Shown here piece by piece: positions 1 to 8,722 of a stretch of 16,072 nucleotides of DNA. Each line of letters opens with the position of its first letter. Position 1 is the first letter of the stretch. A program made the position numbers and the translations under genes. The stretch is from a virus. Its lineage: Duplodnaviria > Heunggongvirae > Uroviricota > Caudoviricetes. The stretch is from positions 1-16,072 of the IMG/VR virus record IMGVR_UViG_3300032308_002078; one strand, 5' to 3'. The notes under the pieces are model-generated. The model did no database searches, had not been told where the DNA came from, and worked only from the letters and a program-made list of their open reading frames with translations.

Positions 1-1
1 G

Positions 2-259
2 TTATTGGCAAAACTACTGTTAGAAAAATTAGAAATAAAAGGAGATGGTTATGGAATTAATCAAATAATTAATTTATCCAAAGCAATGGAAAAGCAAATG
101 ACAATAAAACTTTATAATGATTATGAAAATTACTTAGAAGAAGCATTCAAAAACCAAAACGGTGGTCAAGCGGTAATATTGTCATTTGGAGCATTTTACG
201 ACCAAACCTACGGAGAAGACGATAGTATTAAAATCAATAACGGAGGACATCAAATCTAA
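2..259 (+). CDS. Hypothetical protein, probably 5'-truncated by the window edge
   Basis: Frame is open from base 2 (TTA TTG GCA...) to TAA at 257-259; the stop overlaps the next ATG (TAATG). No recognisable motif. Confidence 0.6.
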   Translation, partial: LLAKLLLEKLEIKGDGYGINQIINLSKAMEKQMTIKLYNDYENYLEEAFKNQNGGQAVILSFGAFYDQTYGEDDSIKINNGGHQI

Positions 260-429
260 TGAAGTTAGGTGGTTTTGTTGAATTGCTAATTCGTATAATT
301 ACCTTTGGACAAGGCCACCGAATTGCTCTCTTCATAGCTAAAAAAATGGGTTATGATGATTGTGGATGTAAAGCAAGAAAAAACAAGTTAGACTTGTTTT
401 GGGACAAAATATTAAATAAATTAAAATAA
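259..429 (+). CDS. Small 56-aa protein with DCGC motif (not in the ORF track)
   Basis: Manual translation: MKLGGFVELLIRIITFGQGHRIALFIAKKMGYDDCGCKARKNKLDLFWDKILNKLK*. It exactly fills the gap: ATG overlaps the upstream TAA and its TAA (427-429) abuts the next ATG (430). Confidence 0.8.
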   Translation: MKLGGFVELLIRIITFGQGHRIALFIAKKMGYDDCGCKARKNKLDLFWDKILNKLK

Positions 430-927
430 ATGTTATTAAATTCAAATCAAATCGCAAATCACGTTATTGAATCAGATTTCTCTAAACGTGCCCAAATTGG
501 CATTGACTTGTCAGTTTGTAAAATTGAGCGTATTGATGTAGGTTCTGTTGTTTATAAAGACAAAACCCACATTGACGCTACAGGTTATCATGAGCTTCCA
601 ACTCAACTTATTGATGGTAAAGAATGTTGGAGACTAGAAAAAGGTGTATATTCAGTTACATTTAATGAGGGTATTAAAGTACCTGCTAATGCTGCTGCTA
701 AAATCACTCACCGTTCTTCTTTGTACCGTACTGGAACTATTATTGAATCACCATGGTGGGATCCAGGATTTTATTGTGACCAAATGAACACAACAATGAT
801 TGTAACAAGTGTTATTGTTATTGAAAAAAATGCTCGTATTGGACAAATTGCATTCTGGCAAGTAGGTGAGGTAGGAGAGCAGTATGACGGTCAATGGCAA
901 GGTTTAAACACTGCTTATAAAAAGTAA
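430..927 (+). CDS. dut: Trimeric dUTPase / dCTP deaminase superfamily protein, most likely a dUTPase
   Basis: Motifs GIDL, RSSLYRTG, WWDPGF, RIGQIAF and C-terminal YDGQWQG match the dCTP deaminase/archaeal-type dUTPase pattern. No Glu near the position of the catalytic Glu of dCTP deaminases. Confidence 0.8.
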   Translation: MLLNSNQIANHVIESDFSKRAQIGIDLSVCKIERIDVGSVVYKDKTHIDATGYHELPTQLIDGKECWRLEKGVYSVTFNEGIKVPANAAAKITHRSSLYRTGTIIESPWWDPGFYCDQMNTTMIVTSVIVIEKNARIGQIAFWQVGEVGEQYDGQWQGLNTAYKK

Positions 928-947
928 TTTTTATTCATTTTGTATTG

Positions 948-973
948 AGGGCTTGGTTATCCAAGCCCTTTTT
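948..973 (+). terminator. Possible intrinsic terminator hairpin
   Basis: Perfect 9-bp stem AGGGCTTGG-(TTAT)-CCAAGCCCT followed by TTTT, downstream of the dUTPase stop. It overlaps a promoter-like motif. Confidence 0.55.
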
Positions 974-982
974 GTTATATTT
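952..982 (+). promoter_or_regulatory. Putative promoter/operator, copy 1 (TTGG-N6-AAG-N7-TGTTATATTT)
   Basis: Same motif with identical spacing at 4543-4572. Resembles the Bacteroidota -33 TTG / -7 TAnnTTTG layout. Lies just upstream of polB. Confidence 0.55.
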
Positions 983-987
983 TGATT

Positions 988-3582
988 ATGTATCAAGCAG
1001 TTTATTATGATAGAAATGAAAGGCAGTACTATTTAAAAGATGATAGATGGACTGGATTTAAATCTTTTCAACATTGGCCTACTCTTTATGAAGCTGATCC
1101 TGATGGTGAGTTTGAAACTTTAGAAGGCACTAAAGTATCACCTATTAGAAAAATGGATGATTGGAAAGATTCTAAATATTTTGAAAAAGATGTAGATAAA
1201 ATTACTCGTCTATTAGTTGACCAATATTATGAAACAGATGATACTCCTAAAACTCATAACATTGTTTATCTAGATATAGAGTGTGTTATAGCAGGAGCAT
1301 TAACTGAAGAAAACATTAAAGATCCTAAAGGTGAAATAACAGCTATTGCTTTGTATGATCATAATTCTAAAAAGTATTTTTGTTTAGTTTTAGATAAAGC
1401 AAGTAAAATGTCTAAGGCTGAATCTGAGGATAAGATTATTATGCCTTATCCATCAGAAAAAGAATTACTAAGTGGGTTTTTAGATAAATGGTATGAATTA
1501 GATCCTACAATTATTACAGGTTGGAATAGTGGTTTCTTTGATATTCCTTACTTATATTACAGAATTAAAAAAGTATTAGGAGAACCATTAGCTAATTCAT
1601 TATCACCAATTAATAAAATCCATTTTACTCCTCATTTCCCAGAACAACCAGTTAATTTAGCAGGTATTAATCATCTTGACTATATGCTTTTATTTAAAAA
1701 GTATATTATGAAACAAGAACCATCTTATCGTTTAGGTGATATAGGTAAAAAATATGCTAAATTAGAAAAAATTGAATACCAAGGTTCATTAGATAAGTTG
1801 TTTGCTGAGGATGTAGATAAGTTTATTGAGTATAACTTACGAGATGTAGAGATTATTGTTGAACTTGAAAAACGAATGAAGTTTATTGAGTTAACAGTTA
1901 CTATTTGTCATTTATGTCATACTGATTATGAAGCGATTTATTTTTCTACAATGTTAAATGAAGGAGCTATTTTAACTTATCTAAAACGTAAAGGAATAGT
2001 TTCACCTAATAAACCAACTACTTATAATCCAGCGTTAAAAACACTACAAGAAGAATATGCTGGTGGTTATTTAAAAGATCCTACACCTGGTTTGTATGAA
2101 TGGGTTATTGATTTGGATTTTACCTCACTATATCCGTCTATTATCCGCTCACTCAATATGGGTATTGAAACATTGGTTGGTCGTATTGTTAATAAAGATA
2201 AATACGATAATCAATGGTCTTTAAAGGAACTTAAATCAATGGATCCTGAAAAAATAATTTATATTGAAAAAGTTAGAAAGGATAGAAGATTATCTAGAAC
2301 AGAAATTAAGGTAAAGGAAATAATAGAAATTATTGAAACTAATAACTTTATAATTTCAGCACCTGGAGTAATATTCAGAAAAGATAAATCAAGTGTTGTT
2401 TGTGAAATTTTATCTGACTGGTTTGCTAAACGACAAGAATATAAGAAGTTAATGAAAAAAGCATATAAGGTAGATAATGATCCTGTTATGGGTGCCTTTT
2501 ATGATAGACGACAACATGCTTATAAAATTAAATTGAATGACGTTTATGGTGTATTTGCTATTAACAGTTGGAGATACACTGATGGAAATAAATTCATTAG
2601 TAAAGCTATTACTTTAACAGGTCAAAGATTACTACAAGAAAGTATTAGGAACATGAATGAGTACTTAAACAATGAGTTAGGTAATGAAAAACATATAGAT
2701 TATATTGTTACTAGTGATACTGACTCATTGTTTATTCAATGTAAAGATTTACTAGTATCAAGACATCCGGATATTAATTTTAGTGATAGGGAAGATGTAA
2801 TTAATAAAATATTAGTAATTGCTACTGAGTTACAAGCAATGGCTAACAAATTTATAGGTGATTTTTCTAGAAGTGCTTTTAATCTAGGAGATGATGGACT
2901 TCATTATTTTGAGCTAAAACAAGAAGTTGTACTTGATAGAGGTTATTTTGCAGGTAAGAGAAGATACGCCCAACATATTGTTAATAAAGAAGGAGTACCA
3001 GTAGATGAACTAGATGTTAAGGGATTAGATCTAATGAAATCAAATTTTCCACCTTTATTTAAACAATTTGGTGAACACCTTATTAATGAAATTATGTTTG
3101 GTAAACCAAAACAAGACATTGATAAACAAATTCTTGATTTTAGAACCTCAATAAGAACAATTGATTGGAAAAAAATATTAAAACCTACTGGATTAAAGAA
3201 AATGAAAGAGTACTTAGCAGGTGAACCTAGAGCAGGTGAAATATTTTCTAAGCTAGGTAATAAATGTCCTATTAATACTAAAGCAGCAATATACACAGGA
3301 GATATTTTACGATTTAAAGGTTTAGATAAAAAATATCCTGTACCTCAAGTAGGTGATAAAATTTATATAGTTTATTTAAAACCTAATCCTTATAGAATAG
3401 AAGTGATGGCTTTAAATGGTTATGATGATGCTCCTGAACTTTTAGAATTTGCTGAAAAATACATTGATAGAGATGGCTTATTTGATAGTGTTATGAAAAA
3501 CAAACTAGAATCATTATATTCAGATTTAGGATGGGGCGCTTTAGTTCTTAATACAAACATTAGTAAATTTTTTAAATTTTAA
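988..3582 (+). CDS. polB: Family B DNA polymerase with 3'-5' exonuclease domain
   Basis: ExoI DIE, ExoII NSGFFDIPYL, ExoIII YNLRD; polymerase motifs DFTSLYPSII, KIKLNDVYG, SDTDS, KRRYA, KGLD. ATG at 988 preferred over TTG at 982. No intein evident. Confidence 0.97.
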   Translation: MYQAVYYDRNERQYYLKDDRWTGFKSFQHWPTLYEADPDGEFETLEGTKVSPIRKMDDWKDSKYFEKDVDKITRLLVDQYYETDDTPKTHNIVYLDIECVIAGALTEENIKDPKGEITAIALYDHNSKKYFCLVLDKASKMSKAESEDKIIMPYPSEKELLSGFLDKWYELDPTIITGWNSGFFDIPYLYYRIKKVLGEPLANSLSPINKIHFTPHFPEQPVNLAGINHLDYMLLFKKYIMKQEPSYRLGDIGKKYAKLEKIEYQGSLDKLFAEDVDKFIEYNLRDVEIIVELEKRMKFIELTVTICHLCHTDYEAIYFSTMLNEGAILTYLKRKGIVSPNKPTTYNPALKTLQEEYAGGYLKDPTPGLYEWVIDLDFTSLYPSIIRSLNMGIETLVGRIVNKDKYDNQWSLKELKSMDPEKIIYIEKVRKDRRLSRTEIKVKEIIEIIETNNFIISAPGVIFRKDKSSVVCEILSDWFAKRQEYKKLMKKAYKVDNDPVMGAFYDRRQHAYKIKLNDVYGVFAINSWRYTDGNKFISKAITLTGQRLLQESIRNMNEYLNNELGNEKHIDYIVTSDTDSLFIQCKDLLVSRHPDINFSDREDVINKILVIATELQAMANKFIGDFSRSAFNLGDDGLHYFELKQEVVLDRGYFAGKRRYAQHIVNKEGVPVDELDVKGLDLMKSNFPPLFKQFGEHLINEIMFGKPKQDIDKQILDFRTSIRTIDWKKILKPTGLKKMKEYLAGEPRAGEIFSKLGNKCPINTKAAIYTGDILRFKGLDKKYPVPQVGDKIYIVYLKPNPYRIEVMALNGYDDAPELLEFAEKYIDRDGLFDSVMKNKLESLYSDLGWGALVLNTNISKFFKF

Positions 3583-3602
3583 ATATATATAATAAACAAG
3601 TT

Positions 3603-4343
3603 ATGATTAATAAAGCAGATCTAGTATCTATTATTTCCAAGTATCATTTAAATGGTTTAAATGAAGCAGTTAAATGGGAAATTAAAGACAAAAAACTTAT
3701 TATTAAGTTTACAACTTCTAACAATACTATGATTGGAAGTGTAACTTATGATGGAATTGATTTAGAAGACTCAACTATTGGAATTAGTAGTACTTCTCAA
3801 CTAAACAAACTAATTAATATTACAAATGGTTATCTAAAATTAGAATATTTTAAACAACATAAACTAATTACCAAATTAATAATTGCAGATAATCAGTTTA
3901 CTCTTAATTATGCTTTAGCTGATACTATGATTATTCCTAAAGCAGGAGAATACATTGGTGATGGAGTTTATAATATTACTGCTGATTTAGATAATGAAAG
4001 TATTAATGCTATTGTAAAAGCAAAATCAGCATTAGCAGATAGTGATACAGTTGTATTTAAGCCATTTACTAATGATGATGGTGATTTGCAATTAGAAATG
4101 CAATTTGGAGGTAATATTGAATACTCAAATAAAGTATCATTCTATTTATCAGATATTAAAACAAATAACCTACCTAATAATTTCCAAGCACACTACTATT
4201 CAGATACAGTTAAAGAAATTATGTATTGTAATAAAGATGTAGCTGGAGGTAAAATGAGTATTAATTTAGATGGGGTTATGAAACTTGAATTTGTTAGTGG
4301 AAATCTAAAAAGTGAGTATTATATTATTCAAAAAGAAAATTAA
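3603..4343 (+). CDS. Putative sliding clamp (gp45/PCNA-like processivity factor)
   Basis: 246 aa (PCNA/gp45 size), directly after a PolB with a PIP-like C-terminus, in a window with clamp loader genes; alternating beta/alpha-looking sequence. The call rests on context more than on a motif. Confidence 0.7.
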   Translation: MINKADLVSIISKYHLNGLNEAVKWEIKDKKLIIKFTTSNNTMIGSVTYDGIDLEDSTIGISSTSQLNKLINITNGYLKLEYFKQHKLITKLIIADNQFTLNYALADTMIIPKAGEYIGDGVYNITADLDNESINAIVKAKSALADSDTVVFKPFTNDDGDLQLEMQFGGNIEYSNKVSFYLSDIKTNNLPNNFQAHYYSDTVKEIMYCNKDVAGGKMSINLDGVMKLEFVSGNLKSEYYIIQKEN

Positions 4344-4344
4344 T

Positions 4345-4554
4345 ATGAAGCTAATTGAAATTAAAGGAGAACTGTATGAAATTATTAGATTAATTCCTGA
4401 ACATACAGAAATTGATACTGAAAAATTTAGAATATCAACTAATTCAACAAATGTTTTTAGAAAAGATGGAATGTTTTGGTTTGTTAGAATAGTAGAAGAA
4501 GCTCAAATTATAGAAGATGAACCACCACTTATTGAGGAAAGTTTGGAATCTTAA
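4345..4554 (+). CDS. Hypothetical protein (69 aa, MKLIEIKGELYEII...)
   Basis: ATG at 4345 is 1 nt after the upstream TAA and is preferred over the 4312 start; acidic C-terminus. Confidence 0.7.
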   Translation: MKLIEIKGELYEIIRLIPEHTEIDTEKFRISTNSTNVFRKDGMFWFVRIVEEAQIIEDEPPLIEESLES

Positions 4555-4573
4555 GAAAAAAATGTTATATTTA
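4542..4573 (+). promoter_or_regulatory. Putative promoter/operator, copy 2 (TTGG-N6-AAG-N7-TGTTATATTT)
   Basis: TTGG 4543-4546, AAG 4553-4555, TGTTATATTT 4563-4572; same spacing as the copy at 953-982. Upstream of the ORF4588-groES-groEL unit. Confidence 0.55.
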
Positions 4574-4587
4574 ATTAAACAAACGTT

Positions 4588-4911
4588 ATGACAACAAAAG
4601 AAAAAGAAGAAGCATCATCCACCACATTTATTAGAGACAGCAGAATTGAACCTTACTTTATTGGTAAAGACACTCATTGTTATACTGTTTATGAAACAGT
4701 GACACCTGATACTCGTTATACTGAAGGTAATGTAGCTGGAAAAGATTACACTAAACCACTAGGTCATTATAGTAATTTTGGTCATTGTTTAAAAGCAATT
4801 GCTCGAAATAAAACTAATGATAAGAAAAATTATGATTCCATTACCGAATATTTGGAAACATATAAACAAATGGAAAATATTATTAAAGAATTAACAACCA
4901 CAGGAATATGA
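4588..4911 (+). CDS. Hypothetical phage protein (107 aa)
   Basis: Clean ORF after the promoter-like motif; ATGA overlap with groES. Confidence 0.8.
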   Translation: MTTKEKEEASSTTFIRDSRIEPYFIGKDTHCYTVYETVTPDTRYTEGNVAGKDYTKPLGHYSNFGHCLKAIARNKTNDKKNYDSITEYLETYKQMENIIKELTTTGI

Positions 4912-5219
4912 AATTAGAAGCATTATACAACGCAGTTATCGTTAAACCGGTAGAGACAGAAGAAACCTCATACGGTGGAATTATTGTTCCCGATTTGGGA
5001 AATGAAAAGAACAAACTTGGTAAAGTAGTAGCAGTTGGAGACGGTTATTACTCAGTTACAGGAACTTACATCAAAACCATTCTTAAAGAAGGTGACACTA
5101 TTATCTTACCTACAATGGGTTTTAGTAAACTAGAGCATGAAGGTGATGAGTATTGGATTGGTCCTGAAAACCAAGTGTTAGGTAGATTAGTAGAAGATTC
5201 AATTGAAGTACCATTTTAA
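4908..5219 (+). CDS. groES: Co-chaperonin GroES (Cpn10)
   Basis: AVIVKPVETEETSYGGIIVPD mobile loop, GKVVAVGDG, EGDTII; 103 aa; directly upstream of groEL. Confidence 0.95.
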   Translation: MKLEALYNAVIVKPVETEETSYGGIIVPDLGNEKNKLGKVVAVGDGYYSVTGTYIKTILKEGDTIILPTMGFSKLEHEGDEYWIGPENQVLGRLVEDSIEVPF

Positions 5220-5226
5220 TAAATAA

Positions 5227-6840
<1,614 letters not shown>

Positions 6841-6850
6841 ATTTACAAAC

Positions 6851-7039
6851 ATGAGAGATGCAGTAGGTCTAATTGGTAAAACAATTCAAATTAAGGAAAT
6901 TACATATAAAATAAAAAATTTCCATTTTGTACCAAGTACTAACAGATTATATGTTGGATTAGAACAATCTGGATTTGGGATACTTAATTTTGATTACAAA
7001 GACCTACTGCCTTATCTTGTTGAACAAATAAAGTTATGA
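6851..7039 (+). CDS. Hypothetical protein (62 aa)
   Basis: Fills the gap after groEL; ATGA overlap with the next ORF. Confidence 0.7.
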   Translation: MRDAVGLIGKTIQIKEITYKIKNFHFVPSTNRLYVGLEQSGFGILNFDYKDLLPYLVEQIKL

Positions 7040-7302
7040 GCAAAAAAGAAGTTATAGAAAAGAATGTTGAAATCGCTAATAGAATCCCACCCGGTGATAG
7101 GTGGCAGGTGATTGGTGTTGAAGGAATTCAAAACGGATTAACTGATGCTTTAGAAGCTTATTATAATGTATCTACTGTTAAACCAAAAGCATTTAGGTTG
7201 GGTTTAACTGAAGGTAAACTTTATGCTATTGTAAGTGATGAAGTTGAAATTAAAACACCAGAACCTAAAAAATATTCAATTTACGGAGATTATACTTTAT
7301 AA
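7036..7302 (+). CDS. Hypothetical phage protein (88 aa)
   Basis: Clean ORF with a GTTATG start context like its neighbours; no recognisable motif. Confidence 0.75.
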   Translation: MSKKEVIEKNVEIANRIPPGDRWQVIGVEGIQNGLTDALEAYYNVSTVKPKAFRLGLTEGKLYAIVSDEVEIKTPEPKKYSIYGDYTL

Positions 7303-7308
7303 TAAGTT

Positions 7309-8244
7309 ATGACAAAAAGAGAACATACATTGTGGGTTGAAAAATACCGTTCACAAACATTAGAAGATTATGTAGGTAATGAACAAATCAAAACTACTAT
7401 TCAGAAGTATTTAGATCAAAACGATATTCAAAACTTTTTGTTTTATGGAACTGCTGGAACAGGTAAAACAACATTAGCTAAACTTATTATCAATAATTTA
7501 GATTGTGATTACATCTATATTAATGCTAGTGATGAAAATGGAGTTGACACCATTAGAGAAAAAGTTAAAAGTTTTGCATCTGTTGCCTCATTTAAACCAT
7601 TTAAAGTAGTCATTTTAGATGAAGCAGATTTTATTACAATTCAAGGCCAAGCAGCACTTCGAAATGTAATTGAAACTTATTCTCGCTCAACTCGTTTTAT
7701 TTTAACTTGTAACTATATTGAACGCATTATTGATCCTTTACAATCACGTTGTCAAGTATTAAAGATTGTTCCTCCATCTAAAAATGAGGTTGCTTTCCAT
7801 ATTATGAATATCCTTAAAAAGGAGGAAGTTGATTGTAGTGCTGATGATTTAAAATTAGTCATTAATCAACATTATCCAGATATTCGTAAAATGCTTAACA
7901 CACTACAAATGAGTGTTAACGGTACTGAAATCACTGTAGATAAAAGTATATTAGTGTCTAATAACTACAAAAATAAAGTACTCATGGAATTATGCAAACC
8001 CACAACAAAGTCGTTTAATAACATTAGACAAATAATTGCTGATTCAAATGTAAGTGATTATGAGGACTTATTTAGATACTTATATGACAATGTAGAAAAA
8101 TATGCTCCATTAAGTGTTGGTGAAGTAGTTATTTATATTGAAGAATATCAATATCATGCTAATTTTAGGATTGATAAAGAAATCAATATAATGGCTTTGA
8201 TTTCAAGAATATTATTATTAATTTCAAGTAAAAGAGTTATATGA
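7309..8244 (+). CDS. Clamp loader AAA+ ATPase subunit (RFC small subunit / T4 gp44-like)
   Basis: LWVEKYRSQTL, Walker A GTAGTGKTT, INASDENG, Walker B ILDEAD, FILTCNY and SRC arginine-finger motif (LQSRC). Confidence 0.95.
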   Translation: MTKREHTLWVEKYRSQTLEDYVGNEQIKTTIQKYLDQNDIQNFLFYGTAGTGKTTLAKLIINNLDCDYIYINASDENGVDTIREKVKSFASVASFKPFKVVILDEADFITIQGQAALRNVIETYSRSTRFILTCNYIERIIDPLQSRCQVLKIVPPSKNEVAFHIMNILKKEEVDCSADDLKLVINQHYPDIRKMLNTLQMSVNGTEITVDKSILVSNNYKNKVLMELCKPTTKSFNNIRQIIADSNVSDYEDLFRYLYDNVEKYAPLSVGEVVIYIEEYQYHANFRIDKEINIMALISRILLLISSKRVI

Positions 8245-8444
8245 AGAAATTTGTCCTATTTTTCATAATGTGGGTAGCTAGTAATTTATCTATTCCGTTT
8301 TGGGCAGTAGGGCATATTCATCTAACTATGAATGTATATGATGATATTAAAGAAATAATAGCGTCTTTTGGTATGAACATATTAGTTGCTACCGGATTTT
8401 ATTTAGATTGGAAAAAACATAAAAAAGAAAACAATGAACAATAA
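8241..8444 (+). CDS. Small predicted membrane protein (67 aa, two hydrophobic segments)
   Basis: Hydrophobic FVLFFIMWVASNLSIPFWAV and IIASFGMNILVATGFYL segments, charged tail KKHKKENNEQ; ATGA overlap with the clamp loader gene. Confidence 0.65.
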   Translation: MKKFVLFFIMWVASNLSIPFWAVGHIHLTMNVYDDIKEIIASFGMNILVATGFYLDWKKHKKENNEQ

Positions 8445-8676
8445 ACCACAAATGAATGTCAACATTGACATTAAAAACACTAAAGCTATTACCTCACCAG
8501 AAGGTAATCAAGTATTCGCTGAAGGAGTAATTTTGCGTAAAGTATCTCGTTTTGTAACAGGTACATCTGAGGACGGAGTTATTCCTGTACCTTGTTTCTA
8601 TGATGTAAAAAGCGGTAAAGTACTTGTAGAACTATTACCTAAAGAATTACGAGAGGAGTTTGAAGAAAAAGATTAA
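8434..8676 (+). CDS. Hypothetical phage protein (80 aa)
   Basis: Clean ORF overlapping the previous gene by 11 nt; no recognisable motif. Confidence 0.8.
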   Translation: MNNKPQMNVNIDIKNTKAITSPEGNQVFAEGVILRKVSRFVTGTSEDGVIPVPCFYDVKSGKVLVELLPKELREEFEEKD

Positions 8677-8693
8677 TTCCCTGTATTTTGCGA

Positions 8694-8722
8694 CGTGTTC
8701 ATAATATTTATTATAGAACATG
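8694..8722 (+). promoter_or_regulatory. Hairpin sequestering the endonuclease AUG, with an embedded ATATTTAT promoter-like element
   Basis: CGUGUUC (8694-8700) pairs with GAACAUG (8716-8722, one G-U); after an A8715 bulge, AUAAU (8701-8705) pairs with AUUAU (8710-8714); loop AUUU. ATATTTAT at 8704-8711. Confidence 0.6.

Noticed and set aside
242-246. GGAGG Shine-Dalgarno-like motif before ORF 259
   Set aside because: It is part of the upstream Gly-Gly codons, lies 12 nt from the ATG and is not mirrored at other genes.
2943-3296. Minus-strand 117-aa ORF
   Set aside because: Lies entirely antisense to conserved polB sequence; no motif; typical shadow ORF.
988-3582. Intein or intron in polB
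   Set aside because: 864 aa is a normal length and the frame is continuous; no intein splice-junction or LAGLIDADG motifs seen. The insertion after DFTSLYPS looks like an ordinary variable region.
3583-3590. ATATATAT as a third copy of the ATATTTAT element before the clamp gene
   Set aside because: One mismatch and low complexity in AT-rich DNA; cannot be distinguished from chance.
4312-4344. Longer start (4312) given by the ORF track
   Set aside because: Creates a 32-nt overlap with the clamp gene; the ATG at 4345 directly follows its stop.
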